This document shows positions 19,368-29,393 of a DNA stretch of 64,000 nucleotides, piece after piece. The notes beneath the pieces are model-generated. The model had not been told where the DNA came from. It saw only the letters and a list, made by a program, of their open reading frames with translations, and made no database searches. Within the stretch, counting starts at the first letter, position 1, and the number at the start of each line of letters is the position of its first letter. Where the stretch lies: NCBI GenBank assembly GCA_030672305.1, contig DAOVGR010000064.1, positions 33,080-97,079 on the forward strand, given 5' to 3'. Made by a program: the position numbers and the translations under genes. Origin of the DNA: Thermoplasmatales archaeon. Lineage in GTDB: Archaea; Thermoplasmatota; E2; DHVEG-1.

Positions 19368-19865
19368 CTATAACTCATAAGCTTTTTCAACTGCTTCTTC
19401 AGCAGAATTAGTAATATAATAATGAGATTCAATATCCTGCATTAAATTTCCGTTTATTATTTGATCAACACATCCCCCTGTACCTTTTATAAGGATAAGA
19501 GGTTTTTCAGAAACCATACTAAATGATATTTCATTTAGTGTTCCCCATCTACCACCGATAGCAATAACAGCATCACCTGCGTTTGCCACTAAATAATTTC
19601 TTATATTGCCGATATTTGTTGGAATTGCAATATCGATAAATTCATTAGCTTCATTTTTTATATTAGGTAATATACCAACAGTAATTCCATTTTCTTCTTT
19701 TGCACCTCTGCATGCTGCTTTCATCACACCTCCAAGTCCACCACAAACAAGAACACCGCCTCTATGAGCAATTAGTCTACCAACTTGCTCAGCTACTTCT
19801 AATGCATGTTGTGATAAATTATTATCATCAACATCACTTCCACAAATCGATATTACCTTTTTCAT
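19368..19865 (-). CDS. LOG/Rossmann-fold nucleotide-binding protein (TIGR00725-like)
   Basis: LVCGGLGGVM, GITVGILP, IGGRWGTLNEI. Confidence 0.9.
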   Translation of the reverse strand: MKKVISICGSDVDDNNLSQHALEVAEQVGRLIAHRGGVLVCGGLGGVMKAACRGAKEENGITVGILPNIKNEANEFIDIAIPTNIGNIRNYLVANAGDAVIAIGGRWGTLNEISFSMVSEKPLILIKGTGGCVDQIINGNLMQDIESHYYITNSAEEAVEKAYEL

Positions 19866-19965
19866 TGAAAGGCCTTAATTACAAATTGTTTTTAACCATT
19901 TCTCCCAAAAATATTATAAATACCCCATCCTTACACTACAATTCTCACATCTGGTGTTATGGTCT

Positions 19966-20331
19966 ATGGCAAAGAAATATACTAAGACAAATCCTGCTCT
20001 TACAGCATTAATTCACGAGCTGAAGAAGCAGGCAAATGAAAATGATGCACCTATTTGGAAAGATATAGCGTTAAGACTAGAGAAATCTTCGAAGAACTGG
20101 TCAGAGGTTAATCTTGATAGAATAGATAAGTATACAGGTGAAAAAGAAATAGCTCTTATACCAGGCAAGGTATTATCCAATGGAAATCTGTCTAAAAAAG
20201 TTTCAATTGCTGCTTGGTCATTTTCTGAGAAATCTCAAGAAAAAATTAAAAATGCTGGCGGCAAATATATGACAATTCAAGAACTTATTAAAAGCAATCC
20301 AAAAGGTAAAGATATTAGAATATTGGGTTAA
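19966..20331 (+). CDS. rpl18e: 50S ribosomal protein L18e
   Basis: KTNP...APIWKDIA...VNL...IPGKVL; likely start ATG 19966. Confidence 0.96.
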   Translation: MAKKYTKTNPALTALIHELKKQANENDAPIWKDIALRLEKSSKNWSEVNLDRIDKYTGEKEIALIPGKVLSNGNLSKKVSIAAWSFSEKSQEKIKNAGGKYMTIQELIKSNPKGKDIRILG

Positions 20332-20333
20332 TT

Positions 20334-20747
20334 ATGACAACTATTATTGATGCAAGTGGGGCAATACTTGGTAGACTCAGTACATTTACTGCTAAACGTT
20401 TGCTAAACGGAGAAGAAATTGCTGTAGTTAATTCTGAAAAAGCAATTATATCTGGTAAAAAATCATCAATTAAAAATCGCTATAAACAGAAAAGAGAAGT
20501 CGGGACATACCGTAAGGGACCATTTTATCCAAGGATGCCTGATATGATTGTAAAAAGGACAATTAGAGGTATGATTCCTTATCAAACACCTCATGGCAGA
20601 ACTGCCTTTAAAAGGTTGAAATGTTATATAGGTGTTCCAAAGGAATTTGAAGGGGGAAAATTTGAAAGTATTAAGGCAGCTGAAAAACAACCTATTGATT
20701 ATTTAACAATTAAAGAATTATCAAAATCATTAGGAGCAAAGATTTAA
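20334..20747 (+). CDS. rpl13: 50S ribosomal protein L13
   Basis: [12 protein letters not shown]...GPFYPRMPD...RGMIP. Confidence 0.97.
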   Translation: MTTIIDASGAILGRLSTFTAKRLLNGEEIAVVNSEKAIISGKKSSIKNRYKQKREVGTYRKGPFYPRMPDMIVKRTIRGMIPYQTPHGRTAFKRLKCYIGVPKEFEGGKFESIKAAEKQPIDYLTIKELSKSLGAKI

Positions 20748-21151
20748 TGGCTAAAAAGGTAATAAATACATCTGGAAAAAGAAAAACTGCTGTTGCAAGA
20801 GCAAACGTTCAAAAAGGAACTGGGCTTGTGAGAATTAACAGCAAACCTGTTGAGCTTTATGAGCCTGACATTGCTCGTTGGAAAATACTTGAGCCAATAA
20901 ATATCGCAAGTGATCATGTAAGTAAAGTAAACATTGATGTTAGTGTACAGGGAGGTGGTTTTATGAGTCAAGCAAATGCAGTTAGAACAGCTATTGCTAA
21001 AGGACTAGTAGAATTTACGGGGGACCCAAGTTTGAAAATTGCTTTTTTAGACCATGATAGAAGCTTACTTGTAAGTGATTCAAGAAGAAAAGAACCGAAA
21101 AAGCCTCTTGGACGTGGTGCAAGAAAAAAGAGGCAGAAGTCATATAGGTAA
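20747..21151 (+). CDS. rps9: 30S ribosomal protein S9
   Basis: [11 protein letters not shown]...GGGFMSQA...[11 protein letters not shown]. Confidence 0.98.
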   Translation: MAKKVINTSGKRKTAVARANVQKGTGLVRINSKPVELYEPDIARWKILEPINIASDHVSKVNIDVSVQGGGFMSQANAVRTAIAKGLVEFTGDPSLKIAFLDHDRSLLVSDSRRKEPKKPLGRGARKKRQKSYR

Positions 21152-21201
21152 GTAAATAACTTACTGCGAAATCATTAAATATTCCAATTGTATTCTACTT
21201 T

Positions 21202-22323
21202 TTGATAATTATGGATCCAATTGAGGAATTTTTAAAAAATAAAGGTAAGGTTACTCAAAAAAACTATAGGTGGGTTTTAAAACAATATTTCGATGATATT
21301 AAACAAGATCCAGAGGTTTATTTTCAAAGTAATAGGAATTTTAAAGATGATATTCAAAACTGGTGGAACATTCATAAAAGCGAAGTTCCAAAGACCAGGA
21401 ATACAAAACTTGCAATACTCAGAGGACTCTTTGAAGAATACTCAAAGATAATTAGTGATTTACCACCTAAGTATTTTAAGAAACTTAGAAAACAGCAAAA
21501 AGGATCCAAAAAAGCAACAACTGATCATATTTTGAAAAAAAATGAATTTAAAAAAATATTGGCACATGGAACTATCAAAGACCGCGCTTTTTTTCTTTTT
21601 TTAATAAGTTCAGGTTGCAGAGTTGGTGAAGTTTTACAATTAAAACTTACAGATGGATTTGTTAAACGATTGGAGAACAATCCACCACAAATAGAGATAT
21701 CTGGAAAATTCACTAAAACTGGAAATCCAAGAACTGTGTTTATCACACCAGAATCAAAGGAAAACCTTGAAGAATGGCTGAAAATCAGAAATGATTATAT
21801 TAGAACAGCAGTCAAAAAATGCAACAAAGAAAAAGGTGGAATATGCACAAAAGATCCAAATGATGATCGGGTGTTTCCATTCAGTTATGATGTTGCTTGG
21901 ACTTCCTGGAATAGGTTAGTAAAAAAAACTGGTCTTGGTGAAAGAGATGAAACAACCAATAATTACAAACTGCATATTCATTGTTTAAGAAAATTCTTTT
22001 TAAGTAAGTTGAAACTTGAAATTCCTGAAGTTGTTGCAGAGATACTTGCAGGTCATGAAGGATACTTGCAGGGAACATATGATAAATACTCATTAGAAAC
22101 ACAAGCAGAATTATACAAGAAGGGAATGAAACATCTTACTATCTTTGATACAACTTCAAGAGAACTTGAGGAGACAAACGAAGAAGTAAATAAGCTTAAA
22201 TATCAAATCGATAACAAGGACAAACAAATCAATGAAATGCAGGATATGATGCAAGAGATGAAAGCACAGATCCTGGAGCTTAGACTTGAGAAACTTGAAA
22301 AGATTAATGGATTAAAAAAGTGA
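21202..22323 (+). CDS. Tyrosine recombinase/integrase of element 2
   Basis: SSGCRVGE, KTG, HCLRKFF, LAGH...TY; likely start ATG 21211. Confidence 0.94.
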   Translation: MIIMDPIEEFLKNKGKVTQKNYRWVLKQYFDDIKQDPEVYFQSNRNFKDDIQNWWNIHKSEVPKTRNTKLAILRGLFEEYSKIISDLPPKYFKKLRKQQKGSKKATTDHILKKNEFKKILAHGTIKDRAFFLFLISSGCRVGEVLQLKLTDGFVKRLENNPPQIEISGKFTKTGNPRTVFITPESKENLEEWLKIRNDYIRTAVKKCNKEKGGICTKDPNDDRVFPFSYDVAWTSWNRLVKKTGLGERDETTNNYKLHIHCLRKFFLSKLKLEIPEVVAEILAGHEGYLQGTYDKYSLETQAELYKKGMKHLTIFDTTSRELEETNEEVNKLKYQIDNKDKQINEMQDMMQEMKAQILELRLEKLEKINGLKK

Positions 22324-22440
22324 TATCATTTCCAGCTGACCTGTTGGCCATTTTTGATATCATTTTTGCTGTGATATCGTCTGGATCCGGTGCTATTGTG
22401 ATATCAAAACAATGATCAGCTGGATCTACAAATGATATCA
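22321..22440 (+). repeat. Phased palindromic site E, overlapping the integrase stop codon
   Basis: TGATATCA at 22321, 22355, 22399, 22433 (34/44/34 steps); 22355-22440 is 64/86 identical to site F in reverse complement. Confidence 0.9.
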
Positions 22441-22458
22441 TTGGTTGATTTTAAATCC

Positions 22459-23562
22459 CTAATAATTATTCTGTAAACTATAGTTATCGCTATAAATATG
22501 AAATTTTGAATAAGCAATCTCTATTGGAATTGCAAGTTTTATAAACTCTTTATTGTCCCATCCCCACTGTATCAATTCCTTAATTTCACCTAATGATAAA
22601 TCATAATCTTTATAAAAAAAAGATTTACTCCAAATTCTACAAAATTCTTCAAGATATGAATCAACAGATTTCTTATCTTTTAAATTAAATAGTTTATTCA
22701 TAGCATCAGAAATATTTTTTCTAATTCTTATTTCTTGATTAATGTTAATTTCTTTTTTTAGAGGATAACCAAAAACAAAAAAGAATAAAGTTTTTGATGT
22801 ACAAATATCAGCACCCTCATATAAGTTTAAAGCAATATAATTAAAAAAAATACCATATAAATGATCCTTAATTTCACTTAATATATTTTTTATTTTACTG
22901 CTTTTAGTGTTTCTTTGTAAAATATCTATAAGCTTGTCTCGTTCTTCAAAAAATCTTTTTTCCTTAATTTTATATATTTCATCCAGAAATATATCAATTT
23001 TCTTTAAATTATTCATTACCAAATTTCGATCATTCTGATTAAAAATATTCTTAAATAAATCATCTGATAATCCATAAATTATATGTTTTTCTAAATCATC
23101 TTTGCCTTGAAAAGCTTTTATTTTGTCTGATGGAAAAAAATCAATAGATTCTTTATTCTGATTTTTTAAACTCTCTTTATATGCAATATCATTTATAAAG
23201 TATTTAACTCCTTTATCATGGCCCTTACCATGTCCCTTTTTATGTATTAAATCTAGATCTTCTTCTCCCAATAGCTTTAGATAATATTTTAATTGTCCCC
23301 GATTCTTAATAATCCCTCTTTTAATAACATTATTTTTTTCTAATGACTCTAATCTTTTTCCAAAAAAGGTTTTCATTCGCGTTATATTCCGTTTCAATTC
23401 TGGATCATCTTTTATTTGTTTATTTGATGCATATTCAATTTGAAGTGCATATCTGATAAATCTAGGTGGTAATCCTTCTTCTTTGTATATACTCAAAAGA
23501 TTAAGGATACTTTTTGTAATTTTATTTTCAAATGCATCTTCAAATGTAATTGCTTTTTTTAT
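22459..23562 (-). CDS. Hypothetical protein, possible N-terminal winged helix, transcribed divergently from the core operon
   Basis: Track ORF extends in frame to a probable ATA start at 23562 behind AAGGAG. Confidence 0.6.
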   Translation of the reverse strand: MKKAITFEDAFENKITKSILNLLSIYKEEGLPPRFIRYALQIEYASNKQIKDDPELKRNITRMKTFFGKRLESLEKNNVIKRGIIKNRGQLKYYLKLLGEEDLDLIHKKGHGKGHDKGVKYFINDIAYKESLKNQNKESIDFFPSDKIKAFQGKDDLEKHIIYGLSDDLFKNIFNQNDRNLVMNNLKKIDIFLDEIYKIKEKRFFEERDKLIDILQRNTKSSKIKNILSEIKDHLYGIFFNYIALNLYEGADICTSKTLFFFVFGYPLKKEININQEIRIRKNISDAMNKLFNLKDKKSVDSYLEEFCRIWSKSFFYKDYDLSLGEIKELIQWGWDNKEFIKLAIPIEIAYSKFHIYSDNYSLQNNY

Positions 23563-23653
23563 GGTTATCTCTCCTTAGTTGTGGAATTTTAAATGATACA
23601 AATCACACAAATGATATAAAATAATCATTATTTAATCTTAGTGGAACTTATTT

Positions 23654-23806
23654 ATGAAAAATGATAAAATAACATCAATAGCGCTCAGTAAAAACGAACA
23701 AAATCTTATCGATTCCTATAGGAAGAAATATGGGTTGTCTAGATCTGCATGTATTCGCTTAATTCTGAATGATTTTTTTATTAAAAATCAGGGAGTAACA
23801 CAATGA
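23654..23806 (+). CDS. RHH-like small regulator (not in track)
   Basis: ITSIALSKNEQNLIDSYRKKYGLSRSACIRLIL. Confidence 0.7.
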   Translation: MKNDKITSIALSKNEQNLIDSYRKKYGLSRSACIRLILNDFFIKNQGVTQ

Positions 23807-23952
23807 TCTCTAATGAACTTCTTGATAAATATCCAAGAGTTCGTAAGTTTCTAAGAAAACACCCGGAGATGAATCTAGATTCAGCATTAGTTTATACAGA
23901 AAATAAACTTAAGGAATCAAGTAAAGCCGATTCCCCTATTTTGAGAAGATAA
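23803..23952 (+). CDS. Small hypothetical protein (not in track)
   Basis: 49 aa, ATGA-coupled to the upstream gene, GGGAG SD. Confidence 0.55.
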   Translation: MISNELLDKYPRVRKFLRKHPEMNLDSALVYTENKLKESSKADSPILRR

Positions 23953-24049
23953 ACCACTCTTCTCAAAGTAGATCTTAAATATAATTTCAGTAGGAGGAAG
24001 TCAAATTGATGGGATATAATAAGATAAATAAGGTGAGGAGAGGTCTAGG

Positions 24050-24286
24050 ATGCACCAAAAAGATCTAATTCCTTTTAATGGTTTATTTGTTGCTATTGGG
24101 ATCTCATGTTATTCTAGAACAGCGCCTTTCTTTTTTTATGGAGAATTATTAGAAATTAATGAAGCAAATATTCTTCTAAAGTTGGATAAAAATTCAGGAT
24201 TAAAATCCATAAGAATCGCAGAAATTGTTGATATCCATTTGGATCCGAAATACAATAACATAAACAGGAGGAAAAACAGGCATTGA
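24050..24286 (+). CDS. Sm/LSm-like small protein
   Basis: FYGELLEINEANILLK...IRIAEIVDI; paralog of 17046-17288. Confidence 0.55.
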   Translation: MHQKDLIPFNGLFVAIGISCYSRTAPFFFYGELLEINEANILLKLDKNSGLKSIRIAEIVDIHLDPKYNNINRRKNRH

Positions 24287-24531
24287 TCATATTTATTATT
24301 ACTCAAAGTGAAAGTGATTTTTCCGATATTTACAATTCTATTGGTGCTGTTCGCAATAAACTTAAAATTACAAAAGCTTGTGAGTTAACATTGAAATCTC
24401 CAGTTACAAAAAAGAAGATAAAAAAAACGGTAAAACTAGTTGGTATATTGTATAAAATAATTGACGGTGAAATGGATACAATTTTTAGAACAACTCAAAG
24501 ATTGGAGAATCGACACCGAGGGAAACAATGA
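24283..24531 (+). CDS. Hypothetical protein
   Basis: Overlap-coupled on both sides. Confidence 0.55.
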   Translation: MIIFIITQSESDFSDIYNSIGAVRNKLKITKACELTLKSPVTKKKIKKTVKLVGILYKIIDGEMDTIFRTTQRLENRHRGKQ

Positions 24532-25901
24532 CTTATCAAGTCTCAGAACCTGTAAAAAATGACAAAGGAGAATTATGTTGGTTAATTGATAAGGGAAATA
24601 AACCAGTATCTACAGTTTCAAAAGATAAATCGATAAAACAGATAATAAAACAGAATAATCCAATCGATTACAAACAAGTATTTGAATTAAAACCAGAAGG
24701 ATTATGGCAATGTCGAAAATGTGGAGCGCAAATGCAAAGCAGTCCAAATCCACCTTTAGAATGTTACAAAGAACAAGGTGGTTGTGATAGATCTACAAAT
24801 TTTGAAATAGTAACAAAAACAATAAATACTGATTTATGGAAATTACCAAATTGGAATGACATCCCACTAGATGATATAGATATTCAAGGATTATTTGTAG
24901 ATATAAAAAACTTGATGAAACAATGCTTGATTTTTGTAGAAGATATACACTATACAATACTTACATTATGGATTATAAGCACATGGAAATTAGAATCATG
25001 GAATACTGTAGGTTTCCCAACATTTTTAGGAATGGTAAGCAGTGGTAAATCAAAATGCCTAGACTTCATAAATGAAATAGGATACCGAATGATAAACAGT
25101 AGTGGAATAACATTTCCAGCAATAGTAAGAGCATCGCACTATCATAATGCTGGAATATTAATGGATGAAGTCCAAAATAGATTAAATCCTAAAGATGAAT
25201 CAGGACGAGAATATATTAATTTCATAAAACCAAGTTATAGACGTGGAAATAAATATACAGTAGCTGACAAAGAAGATCAAGAAAACCTACTTAGTTATAG
25301 AAATTTTGGATTCAAAGCATTTGCAGGTGAAAGAGGTTTTGATCTAGGTTTAATGGATCGAACAATACTTTTTGAAATGGAACAGGATTACCCAGAGGTT
25401 ACTAATTTTAAAGAAATAGAAACAGATTTTGACATTATGAGAACACGATTGCTAAATTATAGATATAAAACACAAGAACCAGAATCATTGGATACTAGGA
25501 TATTTAAAAACAGTAGAACACATGAAATATTTGAAAGTATAATAGCAACAGGAAAACACATAGGAACAGTTACAGATGATATAATTGATTATGCAAAAAA
25601 ATGTGAAATTGAAAAAGAGGAAGAATTACAAGATACAATTGAATGGAATATATTAGAAATAATTAAAAATAAGGAATGCAACGAAACATTAGACGATGCA
25701 CCAACAGAAACACAGTATGGGGATATAGTAACAGCATTAGGATGGGAACCTGGAAGAAAAAGCTCACAATCATTAGGATATATTATTACAAAAAAATTCA
25801 GACTAATAACTAAAAGAAAAACAAGTGGGACTGTTATCCTTTTGACCAATCCTAAAAACGAAAGGAAGTTAAAATATCTTTTTAAGAGGTATAAATTATG
25901 A
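24528..25901 (+). CDS. Putative replication protein: Zn finger, P-loop NTPase, C-terminal HTH-like region
   Basis: CRKC...CYKEQGGC; GMVSSGKS Walker A; ILMDE Walker B. Confidence 0.65.
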   Translation: MTYQVSEPVKNDKGELCWLIDKGNKPVSTVSKDKSIKQIIKQNNPIDYKQVFELKPEGLWQCRKCGAQMQSSPNPPLECYKEQGGCDRSTNFEIVTKTINTDLWKLPNWNDIPLDDIDIQGLFVDIKNLMKQCLIFVEDIHYTILTLWIISTWKLESWNTVGFPTFLGMVSSGKSKCLDFINEIGYRMINSSGITFPAIVRASHYHNAGILMDEVQNRLNPKDESGREYINFIKPSYRRGNKYTVADKEDQENLLSYRNFGFKAFAGERGFDLGLMDRTILFEMEQDYPEVTNFKEIETDFDIMRTRLLNYRYKTQEPESLDTRIFKNSRTHEIFESIIATGKHIGTVTDDIIDYAKKCEIEKEEELQDTIEWNILEIIKNKECNETLDDAPTETQYGDIVTALGWEPGRKSSQSLGYIITKKFRLITKRKTSGTVILLTNPKNERKLKYLFKRYKL

Positions 25902-25904
25902 ATT

Positions 25905-26152
25905 ATGAATACTTCTATGAATACTTTATGAATACTTTTATGAATACTTTTCTCCGAGAAATGAATACTATGTATACTTTGAGTGTAAATATACCCTTTT
26001 TTATTAAAATAAATAGGTTGTATACAACTATATTACTTATTATAATAGACAGACGTGAGTGTGTGTGTATTGTCATAAAGTATTCATTGTATTCATTAAC
26101 AGATATGAAGTATTCATGGAAGTATTCATTAACTATCCATTTGACTATTCAT
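25905..26152. repeat. Convergent 10-bp iterons flanking an AT-rich spacer, putative origin of element 2
   Basis: ATGAATACTT at 25905, 25917, 25928, 25940 (variants 25961, 25970); AAGTATTCAT at 26078, 26108, 26120 (variants 26087, 26143). Confidence 0.75.
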
Positions 26153-26169
26153 TTTTTGGAGATTGTTGA

Positions 26170-26319
26170 ATGATCTCTGCAAGTACAAAAATTCAACTAT
26201 TGAAAAACAGGATATCTAGACTTGAAAATGAGATTCATAAGAGACAGATTGAAATTGATAATTGTAAGGAGCAACTTGAACGTTTAGATAATAGAATAAA
26301 TTCAGAGGTGAAAGTCTAA
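26170..26319 (+). CDS. Small coiled-coil protein (not in track)
   Basis: 49 aa, heptad pattern; its end carries the GAGGTGA SD for the ASCH gene. Confidence 0.55.
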   Translation: MISASTKIQLLKNRISRLENEIHKRQIEIDNCKEQLERLDNRINSEVKV

Positions 26320-26320
26320 A

Positions 26321-26665
26321 TTGCTTCTTTTCAAACCTGAGCATATAAAACTGATTCAACAAGGTCTTAAAACTCAGACTAGACGTATCTGGAAAAAACC
26401 TCATTGTAAACCTGGATCTGTTCATAAAGCTAAGACTATGATGCTTTCAAAGGATTATTATGCTGAGCTTTTCATAATCAGTATTCATAAAGAACATTTG
26501 CTTGATATTTCAGATAAGGATGCTTGGTGTGAAGGAGGTTACACCCGGGAGGAATTTCTAAACAAATGGGATGATATCAATCCTAGATTTCCTTCTTCTA
26601 CAAATCCAGAGGTCTATGTTGTGCCTTTTAATCCTATTGTGAAATCTTTCAGGATTTTAGATTAA
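26321..26665 (+). CDS. ASCH domain protein
   Basis: GLKTQTRR ASCH motif; TTG start. Confidence 0.87.
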   Translation: MLLFKPEHIKLIQQGLKTQTRRIWKKPHCKPGSVHKAKTMMLSKDYYAELFIISIHKEHLLDISDKDAWCEGGYTREEFLNKWDDINPRFPSSTNPEVYVVPFNPIVKSFRILD

Positions 26666-26699
26666 CTATAATTAAATTTTACATTATTTTACATGAATT

Positions 26700-27720
26700 T
26701 GACGTTAGTATACTATTTTTTTCTAGGAGTAGTTGACAGTATTGTAATGTTTTGATGGTGCTGTGTCCACCTAGGGATGGGGATATATAATATATTGTAT
26801 AGATTTATTGATTCTCTAATCTTCTAATATCTTACTTTATTAGGTGTATAGAATAGATTCTTTTAGTATCCTATAGGTTATATCTAAAGAAAGTTAAAGC
26901 TGTTTAAAGTTGGTATACTGAAATCTCTAAGAAGAAACTTAAAGTAATGCAATGTATCAAAAGTTCACTGTCCACCATAGAGAGAGATATCATTATAGTA
27001 TATTGATTAATTGATCTCTAATCTTCTATCTATAAAAAACATGGGACTTCATACAGTTATGTTAGAGATCTTCATTCACATTTTCTTCAAGAAAATGAAT
27101 GACTTGTATGTATGTCTTAGAAATGTTTCACCTAGGGATGGGTATAATTTATTATTATTGATTTATTGATCTCTAATCTTCTATCTATAAAATTCATGAT
27201 AAGTTATCAGTATGTATGTAATAGTCATGGAGAATTTCTTCAGGAAAATCAATAATTAATAACTAACTAATCTATTATGTTTTACCTAGGGATGGGGATA
27301 TATAATATTGTTATTGATTTATACTCTAGTCTTATGATAATTGATGGTAATTGATATTGTGGTTATAGCTGGTATACTGATTTTTCCTAGGAAAAATTGA
27401 CAATATTGTACTATTTTGATATTATGGTGTCCCACCTTCGAGAGAGATATCATTATAGTATATTGATTTATATAATCTCTAACTTTGTTATGCAATGTTA
27501 CAAGGATGTTATAGAAATATTTTAAAAATTTCTAGAGAAGATGTTGTATAACCCATTCAATGTTATATGCAATGTCCACCATAGAGAGAGATATCATTAT
27601 AGTATATTGATTAATTGATCTCTAATCTTCTAACTAACTAACTATATATGTTTCACCTAGAGATAGAGTATAATTTATTATTATTGATTTATTGAATCTC
27701 AAATCTTCTAGATGATAAGG
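26700..27720 (+). repeat. Non-coding tandem array of element 2, seven units
   Basis: CTCTAAT-type anchors at 26814, 27016, 27171, 27324, 27477, 27620, 27698; each ~45 bp after a CCACC/TCACC/TACC motif. Confidence 0.92.
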
Positions 27721-27841
27721 TAGATATCGTCACTAGTGACGATTTAAGAGTCTAGGTAATATTCCATAGATTTTTTTTTAAAGGTTGATTATCATCCATG
27801 GATCCAATCGGTTTTTGTATTTGTTTTTCTTATTATAGAAA

Positions 27842-27980
27842 TGCCGTCAAAAAAGAAGATATCAAAAAATGGTCCAGTAAATAATGACGGCAAAATTGAG
27901 TTCGAACCAGCTGGACCTGATCTAGTTTTGCCGTCATTTCCTGGATGGCCCGATCTTGATCATGTATAGTTTTGACGGCA
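27842..27980. repeat. Phased palindromic site D
   Basis: TGCCGTCA 27842, TGACGGCA 27885, TGCCGTCA 27929, TGACGGCA 27973 (43/44/44 steps). Confidence 0.9.
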
Positions 27981-28035
27981 ATATTTAAGATTAAAAGAGA
28001 ATGAATAAATTTTATATTACAGATTTAAAAGGAAT

Positions 28036-28890
28036 TTAGTATGGAGTACTAGGATGTGGAATTACTCCGATAACATATAAAATTGAAAGGATGACTGCAA
28101 TGAGAACAATGATAGTTTTTTCATGATCTGAAATTCTATGACTGAATTCTCCAATCTTTTCTTTAAAAGTTTTAGTTTTTAAGACTCCATTTGTACCTAT
28201 AAATTCATTAAATAATTTCATATTTTCTTTAAGGATTTTACCAAGTAAAATATAATCAATACTATCCGTTTTAAAGCATTCACTTATTTTATAATACACA
28301 TTATTGACATCATTATTGTTGCAATAGATATTTAAATTTTCAAGAAAAACTACAAGATCATAAAGGGTTTTATAAATGAATTTTGCTCTATGATATCTAT
28401 AATCAGTATAGGACCTTATTGATGATGGATTAAGTCTTTTTTGAGGTGCATTAAAACAATAAAGGAGTCTTGATAAATTATAATAAATATGCATTAAAAT
28501 TTCATATTTTCTATTTTCATCAGGTTCTTTAGATAACTCTTTAAAAAACTGATTAATTATGATATATTCATTATATTTGTTATAGCGTATATACAACCTT
28601 TCATAGATTATAACACAGAGTGAAATAATTAATAAAATAAAACCAGAATAGATAAATCCAACAGTGACAATGATCATCAATAATAATTCAATTAAATTAT
28701 CAACTATTAAATTTCCAGAACCAAATAAAAAAAGGAAAAACACACCCAATACTAAAAAAACACTGGACAAGATAATAAGTCGCATTCCCCAAATATCTAG
28801 TTTTATGATTCTATTACCTATTTTTTCATAATTTTGGATCGTGATTTCTTCAGAATTTTTAGAAATTTTTTTTTGATTTGTTTTTTTCAA
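28036..28890 (-). CDS. Hypothetical membrane protein (cargo)
   Basis: Two N-terminal and one C-terminal TM helices; TTG start after GGGGGA. Confidence 0.7.
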   Translation of the reverse strand: MKKTNQKKISKNSEEITIQNYEKIGNRIIKLDIWGMRLIILSSVFLVLGVFFLFLFGSGNLIVDNLIELLLMIIVTVGFIYSGFILLIISLCVIIYERLYIRYNKYNEYIIINQFFKELSKEPDENRKYEILMHIYYNLSRLLYCFNAPQKRLNPSSIRSYTDYRYHRAKFIYKTLYDLVVFLENLNIYCNNNDVNNVYYKISECFKTDSIDYILLGKILKENMKLFNEFIGTNGVLKTKTFKEKIGEFSHRISDHEKTIIVLIAVILSILYVIGVIPHPSTPY

Positions 28891-29145
28891 ATAATCCCCC
28901 TGCTATATTTTGAACTTTTAATTGACTCTTAAATGTTTCTAAAAACAGGATATGTATAAGGAATTAAGAAAATTACGTAATAAAAATTTGTAACCCTAGG
29001 ATAGTTTTTACATTTGATGACTTTTTCAGAGTATCATTGTTTTTCTATAATTTTTTTATTTTTTTCTTCTAAAGGTTCTCCTGGTTCAAAATATTTAAAT
29101 AGTAGTCTACTAATAGACTATTGATAGACTATATTATTAGGACAG

Positions 29146-29310
29146 ATGGCAACTATGACAGCAAAAAAAACATCAGGCCGATTAATACTCAAAGAAATCA
29201 AATTCGAACAGATCTACCAACGAACAGTTAGCAGATGCAATGAAACAAGTGGTAAAGTCACAGTACCAAGTAAACTTATAGGTAAACGTGTCTATGTTGT
29301 AGTCGAATAA
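29146..29310 (+). CDS. DUF2080-like small protein (not in track)
   Basis: MATMTAKKTSGRLILKEIKFEQIYQRTVSRCNETSGKVTVPSKLIGKRVYVVVE. Confidence 0.75.
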   Translation: MATMTAKKTSGRLILKEIKFEQIYQRTVSRCNETSGKVTVPSKLIGKRVYVVVE

Positions 29311-29393
29311 ATCCTAGTATTATTACTGTTATAGTTCTGTCTTTTTTTGGTGAGGTGGGGTGGAAATATTAATTTCATTGGAGTTGTAGAAAG

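Noticed and set aside
25898-26173. 91-aa ORF MNYEYFYEYFMNTF...
   Set aside because: Low complexity is the translation of the ATGAATACTT iterons; likely not a gene.
26700-27720. CRISPR array
   Set aside because: Repeats are ~55-60 bp, degenerate and bipartite with a ~150-bp period; inter-repeat parts are homologous between elements; no cas genes in the window.
13090-27720. Array of promoter-SD-small ORF units on the antisense strand
   Set aside because: GGTGG/AGGTGA motifs are not followed by consistently spaced starts; the ORFs found are short (about 3-24 codons) and unrelated.
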